DNA of 64,000 nucleotides from Nemertoderma westbladi (Eukaryota; Animalia; Xenacoelomorpha). Below the pieces are notes generated by a model. It saw nothing but the letters and a program-made list of their open reading frames with translations, was not told where the DNA came from and did not search any database. A program made the position numbers and the translations under genes. Location: positions 62,001 to 126,000 of the forward strand of contig JAUCBJ010003773.1 of NCBI GenBank assembly GCA_032718475.1. Reading direction: 5' to 3'. Below, one piece after another: positions 38,801 through 52,619 of this stretch; positions within the stretch are counted from its first letter, which is position 1, and each line of letters opens with the position of its first letter.

Positions 38801-39390
38801 GGGCTAGGTTCCTGGGACGGTGTTTGGCTCCCAGGAATGGTTCGTGGAGAGGGCTAGGTTCCTGGGACGGTGTCTGGCTCCCAAGACTGGTTCGTGGAGA
38901 GGGCTAGGTTCCTGGGACGGTGTTTGGCTCCCAAGACTGGTTCGTGGAGAGGGCTAGGTTCCTGGGACGGTGTTTGGCTCCCAGGAATGGTTCGTGGAGA
39001 GGGCTAGGTTCCTGGGACGGTGTCTGGCTCCCAAGACTGGTTCGTGGAGAGGGCTAGGTTCCTGGGACGGTGTCTGGCTCCCAGGAATGGTTCGTGGAGA
39101 GGGCTAGGTTCCTGGGACGGTGTCTGGCTCCCAGGAATGGTTCGTGGAGAGGGCTAGGTTCCTGGGACGGTGTCTGGCTCCCAGGAATGGTTCGTGGAGA
39201 GGGCTAGGTTCCTGGGACGGTGTCTGGTTCCCAGGAATGGTTCGTGGAGAGGGCTAGGTTCCTGGGACGGTGTTTGGCTCCCAGGAATGGTTCGTGGAGA
39301 GGGCTAGGTTCCTGGGATGGTGTTTGGCTCCCAGGAATGGTTCGTGGAGAGGGCTAGGTTCCTGGGAAGGTGTCTGGTTCCCAGGAATGG
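35891..39390. repeat. Satellite array, 70 x 50 bp
   Basis: Unit TTCGTGGAGAGGGCTAGGTTCCTGGGACGGTGTCTG(G/A)CTCCCA(A/G)GA(C/A)TGG, with no indels across 3500 bp. Confidence 0.98.
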
Positions 39391-40636
39391 TTACCTGCGG
39401 TGTCTCACAAGGGATCTTCCCGTCACCCCTAATTCAGGGGTCGTGCTGTGTAGTGAAATTCCTGATCGAGGGTTTGATAGAAAGAAGCGTGGTAAGCGTC
39501 TGAGATTTTGGAATGATCAATGGTAGAATAATGTTCACTTGAGCTAAAAGCAAACTTACCCTATCTGTGGCTTTAGGGGTGCTTCAAATGCATGGGCGGA
39601 GTAATATTAGCTGATAGGATTAAGTGACCATGGTATATTGCTATGAATGTATTAGTTTATTGTAATATAGGCTTAATTATAATGTTGGAATTTAATAACT
39701 GCATTACAAAAGATCGTTGTGCTATTAATTAAATGAATATATGATTTGTTTGATACAATCGTAATATGGAAAAATCAATCTAATTTATTCGATGCAAAAG
39801 TGATTATTAGAGGATAATAATAAAGCAATGCATCATGCATCTACAGAAAGACATAGAATACAGTGGAGAGGGGGTGGGCCAAGTCTAGAAATCGCAGAGG
39901 GCCTCAACGCGTGGGCTCGGATTGTCTAAAGAACGGGGACCTTGGGTAATCGCGAATCGGCTAATGCAATGGCGGAATACCTGTTGTTGGCGCAGAATAC
40001 GCCCCGAAATGTCTCTCTTTTCCAAAGTCTATCGGCAACCAAATTGCACCTAAAATCCCAAATAATTACTAATTGGTTTCCCTGGCATACCCATGGCAAA
40101 GAAATTCCTGAGACTTGTATTAAGCATAGGCGGACTGAGGGAAACCAACTAGAATTAAATTGAATATATTTAGATTTAATAACTTCGATTTAATAACATT
40201 TTTACTCATATGATTTTTTAAATCCTCTTTAGCTTTTGTTGGTGCCAAACATTTCTGTAAATCTATGATCCCGTGGAACCTGTCAGAGAAACACTCTCGG
40301 CAAAATACAACAGTATTGAAATCTAATTCGATGTTTACCGAGAAAGTCCAAAATCTGATAGTCTCCGCTGCTTTGCAAAGACAAGACTATGCCTTAATTT
40401 AATGACAATATCGTGTGCGAGCCACGCAGTCAGCGCAAGCCTTAGCCCACAATTTTAATTAGTAAATAGGGCAAAATTTCATGTCCGTCTGTCTGTCTGT
40501 CTTTCTGTCCGTCTGTAACGAAAAATTCATTCGTAAATAACTTTTGAAGATTGTAATCATTTTCACCAAATTTTGTATGGGCATACTAAAGGAAAAGTTC
40601 CAATATTTTGTGAAGTTACGGGCAAATACATCTCGA

Positions 40637-41780
40637 TGAAAAGTCCAGTAGTATACCGCTTACCAGATCCTAGTAACGATGTATCTTACTGTAAGATCTA
40701 GTAATGAAACGGGCTCGTACAGTATCTGACAACAAATCCCAGTCCAGGGTATCTAAACAAACAGATACAAATACGCGAACAACTACTGGCGAGGAACAGA
40801 GCCTAGTGTCTATTCTACGTACGTGAGCGGGTCTAATGCCTACGAACTAGACAAAAGGATGCCTGTCCTCTAACCGGTGAGGCAGATGTACAGTTACGGT
40901 GACAGACCAAACTCACGGGAAAATAATCCCCATGCAGCGAATCCTAACTATCGCTAACAGACCTAAATACCGTAACTTGCCGCGGTGTGACTTATATGGT
41001 TTATATACGAGCTAGTGGGTTAACAGACTAGCGTAACAATACTGATCCCCCTGTACTAAATCAGTCTAAAGAGGGTCGTGCCTAATGTAACAATACTGTG
41101 AACAGGAAACAACACAGTCTAATAAGTAAAATACTCCTTCTTGCCGTAACTAAATATACGCTACTAAATTTCGGGGCCGTTTCTCGCATTAGAGCTTTGC
41201 GTATTTGCATTGGTAGCATTAGCATTATCATTATCAATATCTATTTTATGCACATCAATGTTTAGCACAATGTTAACTGGCATATGGTCAGTAACCGTCT
41301 TATCATAATCAATACGAGTATCATTAACAATAGATTTGAAACTCGATGAAACAACAACGTGGTCCAGCCATGATGTTGTGCCATGAGCTGCACTTACAAA
41401 GGAGAAACTATTACTGGGTAGGGTTTCTACATCTAAGACAGTGAGGCCAAAATTATTGCACCAATCATTTAGTTCAGTATAAAAAGGTCGCCCAGGGGAC
41501 GCATTAAAATCGCCAAATATACAACACGCTGTTGATGGGGATGACTCTATTATGGATTGCAATTTTCCTAAATATTCGACAAAAATATCATGATTATCTG
41601 GTGACTCGTATGGTAGGTAAACATTTAGCATTAAACGCTACTAAATATAACTAAATTTACAAACTACGAATAGTAAATTACAAATAGATTCTGCCTGAAA
41701 GTAACCTAAAGTACGCTATAACTAGTAGAACTCTAAGGGTACATATGTTTTAGGGCGTGTGTGTGTGTGTGTGTGTGTGT
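40637..41780 (-). mobile_element. Truncated copy of the BEL LTR (equivalent to 2752-~3405)
   Basis: TGAAAAGTCCAGTAGTATACCGCTTACCAG... aligns with the LTR start and ends in an expanded (GT)n. Interrupted at 41158-41646. Confidence 0.92.
41164..41634 (-). mobile_element. LINE ORF2 APE endonuclease fragment
   Basis: LNVYLP; CIFGDFNA; TTSWLDHVVVS; TDHMPV. Confidence 0.88.
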
Positions 41781-44139
41781 CGGAAGTCGAAATTGTCGGA
41801 AGCCAATATATAACTAGCGATAGTATAATTATAATTCTTCGCTAGGATGGCTTGCAGCTTTGCATCCCCACTCGTATTTTAGTTAGTAACGTGCCACTGT
41901 CTCCTGCTCTTTTCCCTTAATTGATAATTTAACATTCAGACGAATTATTAATTATCTGAGTTGTGATTTGCATATAGTTTATCCTCCAGTTTCTCCCCCC
42001 CCCCCCAAATGTCTACCAAATTGAGGGGGGTTTCTTCCACCCTAATTAGCCACTATTTAGCTACCCACTGTACGTGGACACCCACCACAGGTTCTACCGC
42101 CTGAGATACTCTTACAATGCTAAACATTCCCCCTCATCCCTGCTCCTGCTGGCACGAGGAGTATTCCTATATACACGCGCCCCCCAATAGTTCATAATAC
42201 CCAATGTCCTTGGCCTTCAAGTCTGTCCCCAAGGAGCGGTCGTGGATGGCAGTGCTATCGGTGGCGGCGGTACTAGCAGGATCATTATTTCCCCGGGATC
42301 ATTAGATCAGGATCCCGGATCCACATGTCCCTACCGTACCGCAATTAAAATTAATATTATTTTAACATATATTATATGACAGTATTTGTATTAAATCATC
42401 AATATCAATAAATATTTGCAATTATTACCTAAAAATTTAATTCACTCAAAAAAATATGTCATAAAAGAATACATTGCTCAATTATTTACTCAATCATTAT
42501 TAACATAAATACAATACGTAGCTGCCTCAACGCCATATCATTACGCTACTGAATAAGCAGAGCACAGGTGTACTGAAACTATCGGGAAATTTGTAGCATC
42601 AACCTGAAAGAATCTCAACATCAATAAAGAACACATTATTTATTTGGTAATTATATCATATTGTTTGACCTCTTATACACTATATTTGATCGAAGGATTA
42701 AACGACTGGCAGTTGTAACTTTTATATGGATTGGAAAAAATCGATGCCATCGATTCATTAGAAAGGGGATTATTGAAATTATTAATATTAAGTTCTTCCA
42801 TGTTTCTCGAATTTCCGTATCTCCATATCTCAAATAATTCTAAAATAACCTTAAGAACAAAACATTTATTAATAATTATATTACCTATGTATATATGGAT
42901 ATGCATGCTATGATATCTCATTGGAGTAAATCCAATAATGATAGTATCTCAGAAATTTATGAACAGATGGTAACTCAAGTTTACTTTGGTATTATTATAT
43001 CATTAATAGTATATATATTTTTCAATACATATTGAATATAGGCCTACCGTGATTCTTTATAAAATGGCTTTATTATTTTAAAAAGTATTTAAATTATTAT
43101 TACGAAATAAATAACCCTCTGTGAAAATTCTTACAAAACTATGGGAGTATTTCTTCAATAAAAATGCCGTTATTTTGTTTTTCTTGTTATTGATTTGTTT
43201 TACTGAGTAGAAGCTCTGATTCGCCAGAATTTCAGCCTATCATGGCTGCATGATATAACCAAGGGAATTTTACTCAAATGTAATCCCGAGATTGCCAACT
43301 TTATTTAAGAAGTTTACAAACACAAATCGAGCGGATTTTATTCTTATATTGCAGGATTCAATTACAATAAACAATGATAAGCGCAAAAGTTTCTTAATAA
43401 TATACATTTTATACTTACTGTACTTATTAACTCTGGTATTATTGGGCTTTAATGTAATACCCAAAACATTTAGTGCTATAGTATTTTTTAATTTTTTGTT
43501 AAATAGCATTTTTCATATTTTTTGACATTTGGGATTTAAAAGTCAAAGGGAAATATAATTGAAATTTAATTTTTTGAAATTTAATTTAGATTTTATTGTA
43601 TTATTACTCAATTCTTATAATTATATGTAAATATTCCAATATTTTAGACCTTCTGTAAATACATTGTGTCGAAATTTCTATAAATTCCGCGTACCAAGTT
43701 CGCAGCAAAATTAAAATGCAAAGGATTTCCGAAAGATATTTAACAAACTCACACGATATTTGATGATGATATGCAGGTAATGATATATTTACTTTCGTCA
43801 TTCATATTCTATGAATAATTCAGAAATTCTTTGCTCGGGAAATTTAAACTAGAATAATATAAACAGTGGGCTTGCAGGCCTTCAAAATCTATAATAGTTA
43901 CGGAATTATATATATATTTTTTTATTGCGATTATCTTGTTAAAAAACATTTTGAAATATAACTAACAATATATGTTCTATAGGGCAATTAAATACCGGTA
44001 TAATATCAAATATTTATTTATTACTTGAGAAAAAATTATTTTTCACCATTCTCGAGGTATTTTCCCGAGTGACAGAGTGGTTTGTTAAAAATAAATTGAA
44101 ATTTGGTTATTGGATTTTGAGGTATGTTTGAGTGAATAA

Positions 44140-45253
44140 TTAATAGTTGCCGTATATCTGCTGCGTTCTTGTTGTAATCTGTATCCATTATCTTCTGCGT
44201 TTGTGGTCATCCTCAGCGCGTAATCCAATTCAATTACAAATAGTAATGGCGCCAATCTGTCCCCTTGCAGCACGCTAGCCAGGATTAAGAAGAACACTGT
44301 TTACCATCTGGTGAGAGTACCTGAGCGTCTGTGTCACAATATAACAATCCAATGACAGCTACAATTAATTTTGGTATTCCATAAGCTCTTAAGAATTCAA
44401 GCATTTTACCTCTATGGATGGAGTCGAATGCCTTCTTGAAGTCCACAAAAGTCATGACTACTGGGAGATTCTTTGACTTAATTCCTTCAATCAGTCACCG
44501 TAGTGCAAGTATCTGAGCTATTGTTGTTCTATTTGGTCGAAATCCATATTGACTCTTACCCAGCAGTTTCTTTATGTGAGGTCTAATTCTATATAGAATC
44601 ATTTTGTTGTATATTTTGGCAGCTGCGACAAGCTTACAGATCAGTTCCCACGATAGTTTGTTGGTATACCGAGGTCTCCTTTCTTGGGGAGAGGCTTTAG
44701 TTGACCTTTAGTCCAAATTGGTGGTGGCTTTTCCCCTTTCAGCATCCGGTCGCAAACATCCAATAATGGTCTGTTTAGCGCCTCCTGTTTTCCATACCTC
44801 TCTGCAGGGATTTCACATAATCCACTCGATTTATGATTGGACATGCTTTTAATGCTTCATGGGACTTCAAGTGTGAAGTCCTCTGTTTCTATAGGTAGCG
44901 TCTTTTCATATATTTTCATTGAATGGCTGATCTCGATGTTTTGTGGCTGATCTCGATGTTTGGTGGCTGCTCAAAGCAAGTTGCTGAAGTGATCTTTCCA
45001 TTTCCCTACACGCTGGTCTGCGTCTATTGATTGGACTAGGCCTACTTCAAAGCAGTTTTGAACTTCTACTGTGTAAGCACTGTGTAAGCATCCTTTGCTG
45101 CATTGTCAGTTTCTCCCAGTCATATGTGATTAGCTTGCTTATCCTGGGTTTGCTGGCTCTCAAACTGATTCTGATCTCTGCAGTCACGATACCGTGATCC
45201 GAACGTTGCAGAGGCACACTCAAGAGGGAGTATTTGTTTAAAAGTATTCTCAC
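44140..45253 (-). mobile_element. RTE-type LINE endonuclease end and RT fragment, degenerate
   Basis: SDHGIVTAEIRISLR; LPKKGDLGIPTNYRG; FVDFKKAFDSIHR; VLQGDRLAPLLFVI. Confidence 0.88.
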
Positions 45254-45599
45254 GACCCTTTACTAACCGCGCTGGCGCACGGTAAATAAAATGTCTTGAG
45301 AATAATTAAAAAATAGTTCTGCTTTTAAACTTCTATTTTCGTTCTTGTATATATAGGACTCCCAACTTTAGGGTACATTCGGGGGGAAAAGTAACAATTT
45401 AAGAATAATAATTTTTAAAGTGGAAATTGTTCTCTAGTATAATGTACCGTTACCGTAGTTATTATTCTGGAAAATATTTAATAAAATATAATAATTTTAC
45501 GTAGAAATACAGTGAAATATGTTGTATTATATTTTATCTTTTCGCATAAGTTTCTATAATATATAATTTAGCAACAAAAAGTACTAATTTAAGCATAAA

Positions 45600-45800
45600 A
45601 TTACGTGAGGGTGCGGTGGGGATTGGCCGCAATAAAAATTCATCCCTATCCAGAGGAAAAGGGAGATAGCCGATTACTCCCAAAAATAAAACTGTAACCT
45701 GTTCTATTGTGTTTAGTATATTGTTTTGGTTAAAATAACGTGCCACTGTAACCTGCTCCTTTCCCTAAATTGAGAATTTAACATTGAGGCGGGATATTAA
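45600..45800. repeat. Dispersed repeat family (related copies ~41885-41940, 48295-48460 inverted, 52364-52560, 54005-54210)
   Basis: Shared blocks TAACGTGCCACTGT..CCTGCTC.TTTCCCT.AATTGA and TATTCTAACCAAAACAA..AAC.AAT...ACAGGTTA. Confidence 0.6.
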
Positions 45801-46819
45801 TTCGCCAAGATGGGATTTGCGTACAGTCCCCCCCCCCCCCCCCCCCCCCCTGAGTGTGCGGCTAACACCTTAATAATGCCGAACCAACGAGGAATTTTGA
45901 TTGTTTTAACATTCTTAAACTTTTCCATTCCACTGTATCCGGTCCATATCACTACCTCAACCCAATGAGACCCTTTCACATAACTTACTATACTGTCACT
46001 GAATGCTTACTCATTGCCTCGAGTGTTTTTCACTTTATATTTATATGAATTGTTCTTCCTATAATAATGGAAGATATGCATCCTGTAGTCAATATATCTC
46101 CTCTCGAACCCTTGCCTAATTATAATCCCTCGGTCAATCAATTATTCAGAGGAGTGTGTTTGCCTCGGGGATTGCTTCCGGTTTAATCGATAATTTTCCA
46201 AGTCGCCGTAAATCGCTCCTGATTTAATATCAGCCAGCTTCGCGAGTCGCGCGTTATTCAAATCTATTCCACTCCAATATCTTTGCGAATAATATTACCA
46301 TTTTCTAATGCGATTTACTGTCACCGAAACTAAATATATTCTAGATGTTTGGCGAGTTTCGTACCAACCCGAATCATATGAATTTGTTGATATTTTACAT
46401 CAAAGATTATTGGCTTATTTGCTGTTAACCAATATTACATTGATTTACTAATTGATTCTCTTTTCCAATTCAACAAATGTTAAATAATACTTATAAAGAG
46501 ATAATTATATTGCTCAAGATTGGAATATATCTGGAGCATTTGCTTCTACAAAGATAATAAATCAAAACTACGGAGTCACCATTCTGTAGGCCTGATCCTA
46601 AGCAGTAAGCACATTTCAAAATTTAGTGGATGCACACTGAGATTTCATATCTTAGAAAAAGTTTCCAGAAAAAAAAAATTGTAATAGAGCTTTTAACTCT
46701 GTCATATCGTCAATGGGTGTGACCAAGAAAGTGAAAATATAGATTTTAATTATGACAAGAAATAAGGGGGGAATTATCGCGGTTTATATAATCATAGCCA
46801 GTCACTCGGCGCCACTGAC

Positions 46820-47100
46820 ATGGTGAAGCAGCATGCATTCCATTTATATTCGGTGCGGCTATGGTGAAGGGAAGACGTCCCTTTTTCCATAGTTTTCCAT
46901 TCGGAACTTCGAACTTGGGAATGAACAACAGTCCCGAACTGGTAGACCTGAGATACAGTAGCTGGCTGGCGCGTACGGGGTTCGCAGTTTACAGAGATAA
47001 GAGGGATCATACATAGCCTTGTAGACACTTGTTTACGTATAAGATTCGATTCGGCGTCAGATTGCGATCCAGTGCAACATGTTACCCATTTACACCATTA
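46820..47100 (-). mobile_element. L2/CR1-type LINE C-terminal fragment
   Basis: LHWIAI*RRIE...VYKAMYDPSYLCKL..PYAP...LFIPK...GRLPFTIAAP resembles LHWLP..RI.FK...YKAL...P.YL...FS..AP. Confidence 0.65.
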
Positions 47101-50100
47101 TCGTATACATTATTGTATACTTCACTTTAAATTGTTCGCACATTAACAATTATTCTATAGGCCAATTTTATTCTGCAGTATTATTCTAAATTTAATTGAA
47201 AATTGTATATAACCTTAAATTAAATTTTTTTTATTGAACTTTGCCGACTTTATATACATCACAAAAACCACAGTTCGCAGGCAGTTTTGAAAAAATGCTA
47301 ATTGTTGAATGACACACCTAATACACGACGTGCTTTGCTTAAGGATAACAGTTAGTACTGTACCATTGAGTTACAATGAAACTGCTATCTGTCAGTCATT
47401 AATCGAAAGATTTATAATTCCATATAAAGGAAAGATTGAGAAACGAATCTGGCACTTTCTGCCCTGGTGATAGGCACGCGGAACCGGTATGCGAAAACCA
47501 GGGCGGCCCGGAAATCAAGTTTTAAATTATATTCATTATGAAAGCCCAGTGAAACATAAGAAACTACTAAAGCCAACTTTAATGAAAGCTCCTTATCTAT
47601 GGGCGAGATATCCCACGGCCACTATAGGGCACTGCCAGGATCACCAGATACATTCCATAGGATAATGCAGTTCCAGATCAGGAAATTAGTCTTGCTCATG
47701 CAAGACTAATTTCCTGATCTGGCCCGAAAGCCCTTCCTGGTGTTCAATTATTAGTCTCAATTTTGTTCTTTCAAATTTTTTATTAAGCCACTAGATTATT
47801 CTGCTTGGTTTGTGCTTTAGAAGCTTGCTGGTTCAGCTTCTATGGCTACGTGGTGATTTGCCCTTGGATGTTCTAAATTAGGAATGTTGTCCTGTCTTTC
47901 ATTTATTCAGTGCCGTTACATGTTTTGCTTACTTCGTGTACTGATCAAGGTTATGTAGTTTGTAAGGTACTGTCTATTGTGTATTGTGTTATGGTTTGAA
48001 TACGGTTTACGCTGTAAGGGGAACTGTACGTACGTATACAGTAAAGTGTGTGAGATGTGTAAAGTTATTATTATAAAAGAAAATCGATGCAAATAATAAC
48101 ATCAAAAATTACCTGTAATAAATATTCTCTGTGGTACCATTATGCTACCAAATCTCATGTATAGATTATATAATAGCCTGTCACTGTGACTTATACCACT
48201 TTTCATAAATTTCAGGACATATGTCCTTTTTATAAAGCGCAATTGAAGCTTATAGGAGACAGGGGATAAACTGAACGTAAATCCCATCTCGGCGAATCAT
48301 CAATGTTAATTACCAATTTAGGGAAAGGAGCAGATTATAGTGGAACGTTATTCTAACCAAAACAACAAACGAATGTCATTAGAACAGGTTACAGTTTTAT
48401 TTTTGAGAATAATCAGTTGTTATTTATGCCGATTTTCCCCTGGAAGGGGATGAATTTTGATTGGATAGAAAGTCCCCCCCCCCTCCCCATCTGGTTTATT
48501 GACACTATATGCTGGTTGTGTCAGCAACCCGCTGACTCTAAAGAACATATCCAATGCTGCTCTGCTATCTCCCCAATCTCATCGGATTTATTCTCGCTTT
48601 GTTTTTCATCTGCCTTGAGCAACCGGATTTTAATTAAGTTAGTGCCTGTTTAAACATACACATGGTGGTAATAAAATCACCAATCCATTGACACTGTATT
48701 ATTTTATTAAGTTGGTTAAATGGATATATTATCCTATTAATAATCAATTGTTACTAACAGTTTTATACTAATTGTCAAAGTAATATTTTACAAGTTATTA
48801 GACTTGACATTAAAGGAGTCATGTTCGCTCAGTCATGGAGGTAGCCTTATAAATAGGTCGTTAAAAGCCTAATCTTGTTCACGGTAAACGGTAGAGCTGG
48901 GTTTTAGCAACTATGTACCACTATAAAATTGTATAGAACCCCTATTTCTTGTTTATATGCGTGGTATTTCCATATCAAACTTTGTCAATTCGAGTTATTT
49001 AACCGTCACATTTTCTATCCAGCAAATAGCATTACGTAAGTAAAAGATTCACACACCATGTTTAGGTATTCTTTATTGTAGCATATTATTGTCTATTTGT
49101 GTAAATTTTAAACAATGTAATTTCATTTTATGGTAACAAAACACACTAATCATCGCAGAGTACATCAATATATTCAGGTTGAGAATCCAAAGCATTAATG
49201 CGTGTCAGCATTACAAGGCCTACATTCATGCGGCTGTCTCAATATTTATTGTAATAAACATAAAAGTCAATCAAATTTAAGGAGGACAGGTGCAGCTGTA
49301 CTCGTTTAGGCTTGTTGGATGTAATTCGAATTTAGAAATCAATAATTCCATAATCTTCTTGTATGAAATAGAAGTGTAAAGCGAAAATAAGTTCATAAGT
49401 ATTAACTCTATTAAATGCTGTCTGTATGTGTGGGATTCTAGTTTGCTCCATAAGTGATGGCCAGAACAAGTAAATAACAAGTGCAAGAACAAGTACTCGA
49501 ACAAGTACTCGAACAAGTAATTCTATATTCAACTGATTTGTTGCTGCAGAAAAGTTATTTTGCGAACAAATAATTTATAATTTTTGCTTGTTTGCTTGAG
49601 TTAAGGTGGTATTCCACTGGGTAGTAGTTGTGTTCAAACGCCATATATCCTAATACATCAATATATATATATATTTATTATTACAGGCAGATTGGTACTG
49701 ACTTCCAGACTCACTGATACTACACTTACATCTGTACAAACATACTCAGTTACCAGCAGTACTGCATAGTACCACAACCGTACACTAGTACTATTACAGT
49801 AGTCACAGTTGGTTTAATTTTGATTATGTAATGACCCCCCCCCCCCCCCGACAGAAATTTGTAATATATTTATTTATTTATATTTTTTCTATTTTTTAAA
49901 TTTAATATTAATTAGTATTGATTTTTTAATAAGAAAAAAATATTTAAAATATTTATTATAGAAATTATTAGAAATTTATTGATTTGATTATGGTTTATCT
50001 TGAAACAAAACGTTTGTGAAGATGAGGCTGAGCCATAGACTTATAAAAATTTAGTACAAGTTATTTCAGGAAGATATGGCATGTTATTTTAGATTTCAAT

Positions 50101-51324
50101 ATGGTTTAATAAGTAAATAACCACACAAAATCAAAACAATGGATTCATTAAATAATCGTGATCGGTCTATAATTAGCATTGATGTATATGGCATACATTT
50201 TTTTAATTTGATTTTGTGAGGAATTTTTCACATCTATCGTTTTTTTGCGCGGAATTTAGCGCGAAAAAAGTAGTAAAAATGTATCATGTACATTTATTGA
50301 AACTCAATCAACGGTCATTCATTACAGACGTAACAATAAAAAGTATTTATATTATCTTTGATAGACAACATTCGCCTATATGTCCAAATCAAATAGTGAC
50401 ACTGCTACTGTGTTTGTTAACTCAATAGAATGCAGATTAATATTCCATTGTACAACTGCTACTTATCTGTAGTTGCTCCGCCATTTACTCATTTATAATA
50501 CGTTAATTCGATGTAATTAATTTGTTACAAAAGAGCCCTTAAGTGTGTTTGCACTTCCTCCATCATCATCTCAAGTGTTCTTGCCAACTCCCATTAAATG
50601 TAGTGCCAGAACTCCCATCGGGATATCATTTAATCTCCCATGTTATGCACATAGAGGTTAAAACTATGCTCTCTGCGTGACACCTCAACGTGTTACTTAC
50701 TATGTTGCGATTTCAATATTTTTTCACAGCGATTGGTTTGTTATAATGTGCCGCGCGGGTGACCTCAAAGTCATATCTTATTAAAACAGTTTCGTAATGC
50801 AATAAATATTTGTTTCATAAGAGTCAGGCTAAACTGATAAACATATGGCATTCAATTCACTATAATTGAGTAGGTTATAATGCATTAATTAACATATTAT
50901 GGTAAGTATAATGTTGAATAGTAGATAGTAGATTATTAATTCATTAAATCGTTTACTATAGAGGCGCATCTGAACTATAATTGTATAATATTGTCTAAAT
51001 AATATATGTTAGTATTTTCTGTATTTATTGTAACTTTAGGCCTAATATTTTAGTAACTAATACTTCTTCTATGTCTAAAATTTAAATGTTTATGGCAACG
51101 GAGGTGAGGTTCAGTAGACCACTATTACTAACATCACAGCTCGCAGGTTAAGGAATTTGGTTCGAATTGAAACTCGAAATTCATGTCAGAAATCTATCGA
51201 CATGATTTAAGAAATATGCTTTTTTGAGGCTAAAAATGTTTATCGTTCTTACCATCAATTTATGTAGGCTAAATAAAATATTGTGTATTGTTTTGGTTAC
51301 CCAACAGGTTTTCCCTAAAAACCC

Positions 51325-52348
51325 TTCAAAATTAACTATATTATTACTGATTCACTATATTATTACTGATTAACTATATTATTACTGATTAACTATATTA
51401 TAACTGATTCACTATATTATTACTGATTCGTATTTATTTACTATTAAATACTATGAACAAAAAGTCAAATACAATTTTTAATTTTAATTTCCACCACCAC
51501 CAAAATTAAATTTAGTAAGATTTTTACATCCTTCCACCAAACACAAGTCTAAAACTTGGATTCACCGTAAAACCGGCACCGTCCCCAAACCCGAGCGCCC
51601 TCCATGGCCGCCTACCGCCACGCAGGCACAGGGAGTTTGAGCGCAACAGCGCAAACAATAGGCGCCTCTGCACTCCGCCCAGCACACAGGCTAGGCCTCG
51701 CTCTCGCATCCCACGCTGCCGGGCCACCAGGGTCTCCGCGAGGTGGCGGATTAGGATATCGGCCTCCTTGCACCACACCCCGTCGGTGGTTCCGACTAGG
51801 GAGGTGAAGGAGATCCGACGGTCCTCGCACACTGCGGCATAGTGTACCTTCTTGGCGCGGACCCTCTGCTGGAGAACGGAGTCTAGAGACCGGTTAACAT
51901 AAGAGGGGGCGTCAGCGTTTACAACCGCAATGTCAAATGACGCCACCCTCTGTTCGGCCCAGACTCCCCTCGCCAGGAGGTCCGCCCTTACTCCACCCAC
52001 CTCGCGGCCCTGTCTGTCCAGGTAGCCGGACGCCAACGTAACCTCACGCTGGACGCACGAGCCCCCGAACGCGGACGCGATTAAGTCCCCGAAGATCTCC
52101 CGCACCTCATTGTGCCGCTTGATAATCAAGCCCCCCGACTTGCAATTAAGGGCGTGGGACGTCGAAAAAGACTCCCCACACCCCTCGCACTTAGCCGGGA
52201 GGCCGGGCGGCGTCAACCCATACCGCAAGGCAAGGTTGTCCCGGAAACTTCGGGGTCCAGGTCGGTGTGGTCCACCGCCGAAGGCTGAGCGGTCAGCCAC
52301 CCTCCCGTCTTGTGGGAGACCGTGCGCTCCACCATGCGGCGCCATTCG
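51325..52348 (-). mobile_element. CRE-like non-LTR retrotransposon 3' fragment (restriction-like endonuclease) with 15-bp TSD
   Basis: ORF 51524-52345: LALRYG..P..LPAKCEGCG..FS.SHALNCKSGG...RHNEVR; RADL..RGVW; FDIAV..ADAPSY; KK..Y. TTTCCCTAAAAACCC at 51310-51324 and 52349-52363. Confidence 0.88.
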
Positions 52349-52619
52349 TTTCCCTAAAAACCCAGTTTATGTAAGTGCTTATTCTAACCAAAACAATAAA
52401 CTAATTAGCATTTATACAGGTTATAAGACAGAAATAAGTTCTATAAAGCACTTAATAAGAAGAAATTTAATAAAATATATAAATTTATAAATTTATATAT
52501 ATAAAATTCCAATAAAAAGTCGACCTAAAAGTGAATAACTATGGTATTCGCATGGGAGGGCAATATTCATGGAACATCCTGAGTCATCCATAATTCCAAT
52601 GGGGTGGATATATTCCCCT

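Larger units (their letters stand above)
40400..41880. mobile_element. DINE/Helentron-like non-autonomous element, split by an LTR fragment
   Basis: GTCCGTCTGTCTGTCTG microsatellite and ..TTCACCAAATTTTG.. block at 40480-40636; apparent remainder at 41781-41880. Confidence 0.45.

Noticed and set aside
35891-39390. CRISPR array
   Set aside because: Units are contiguous with no unique spacers, there are no cas genes, and the context is eukaryotic.
48417-49560. LINE C-terminal remnants (CWLCQQ..EHIQCC; GHHLWSKL)
   Set aside because: The motifs are too short and degenerate to call with confidence.
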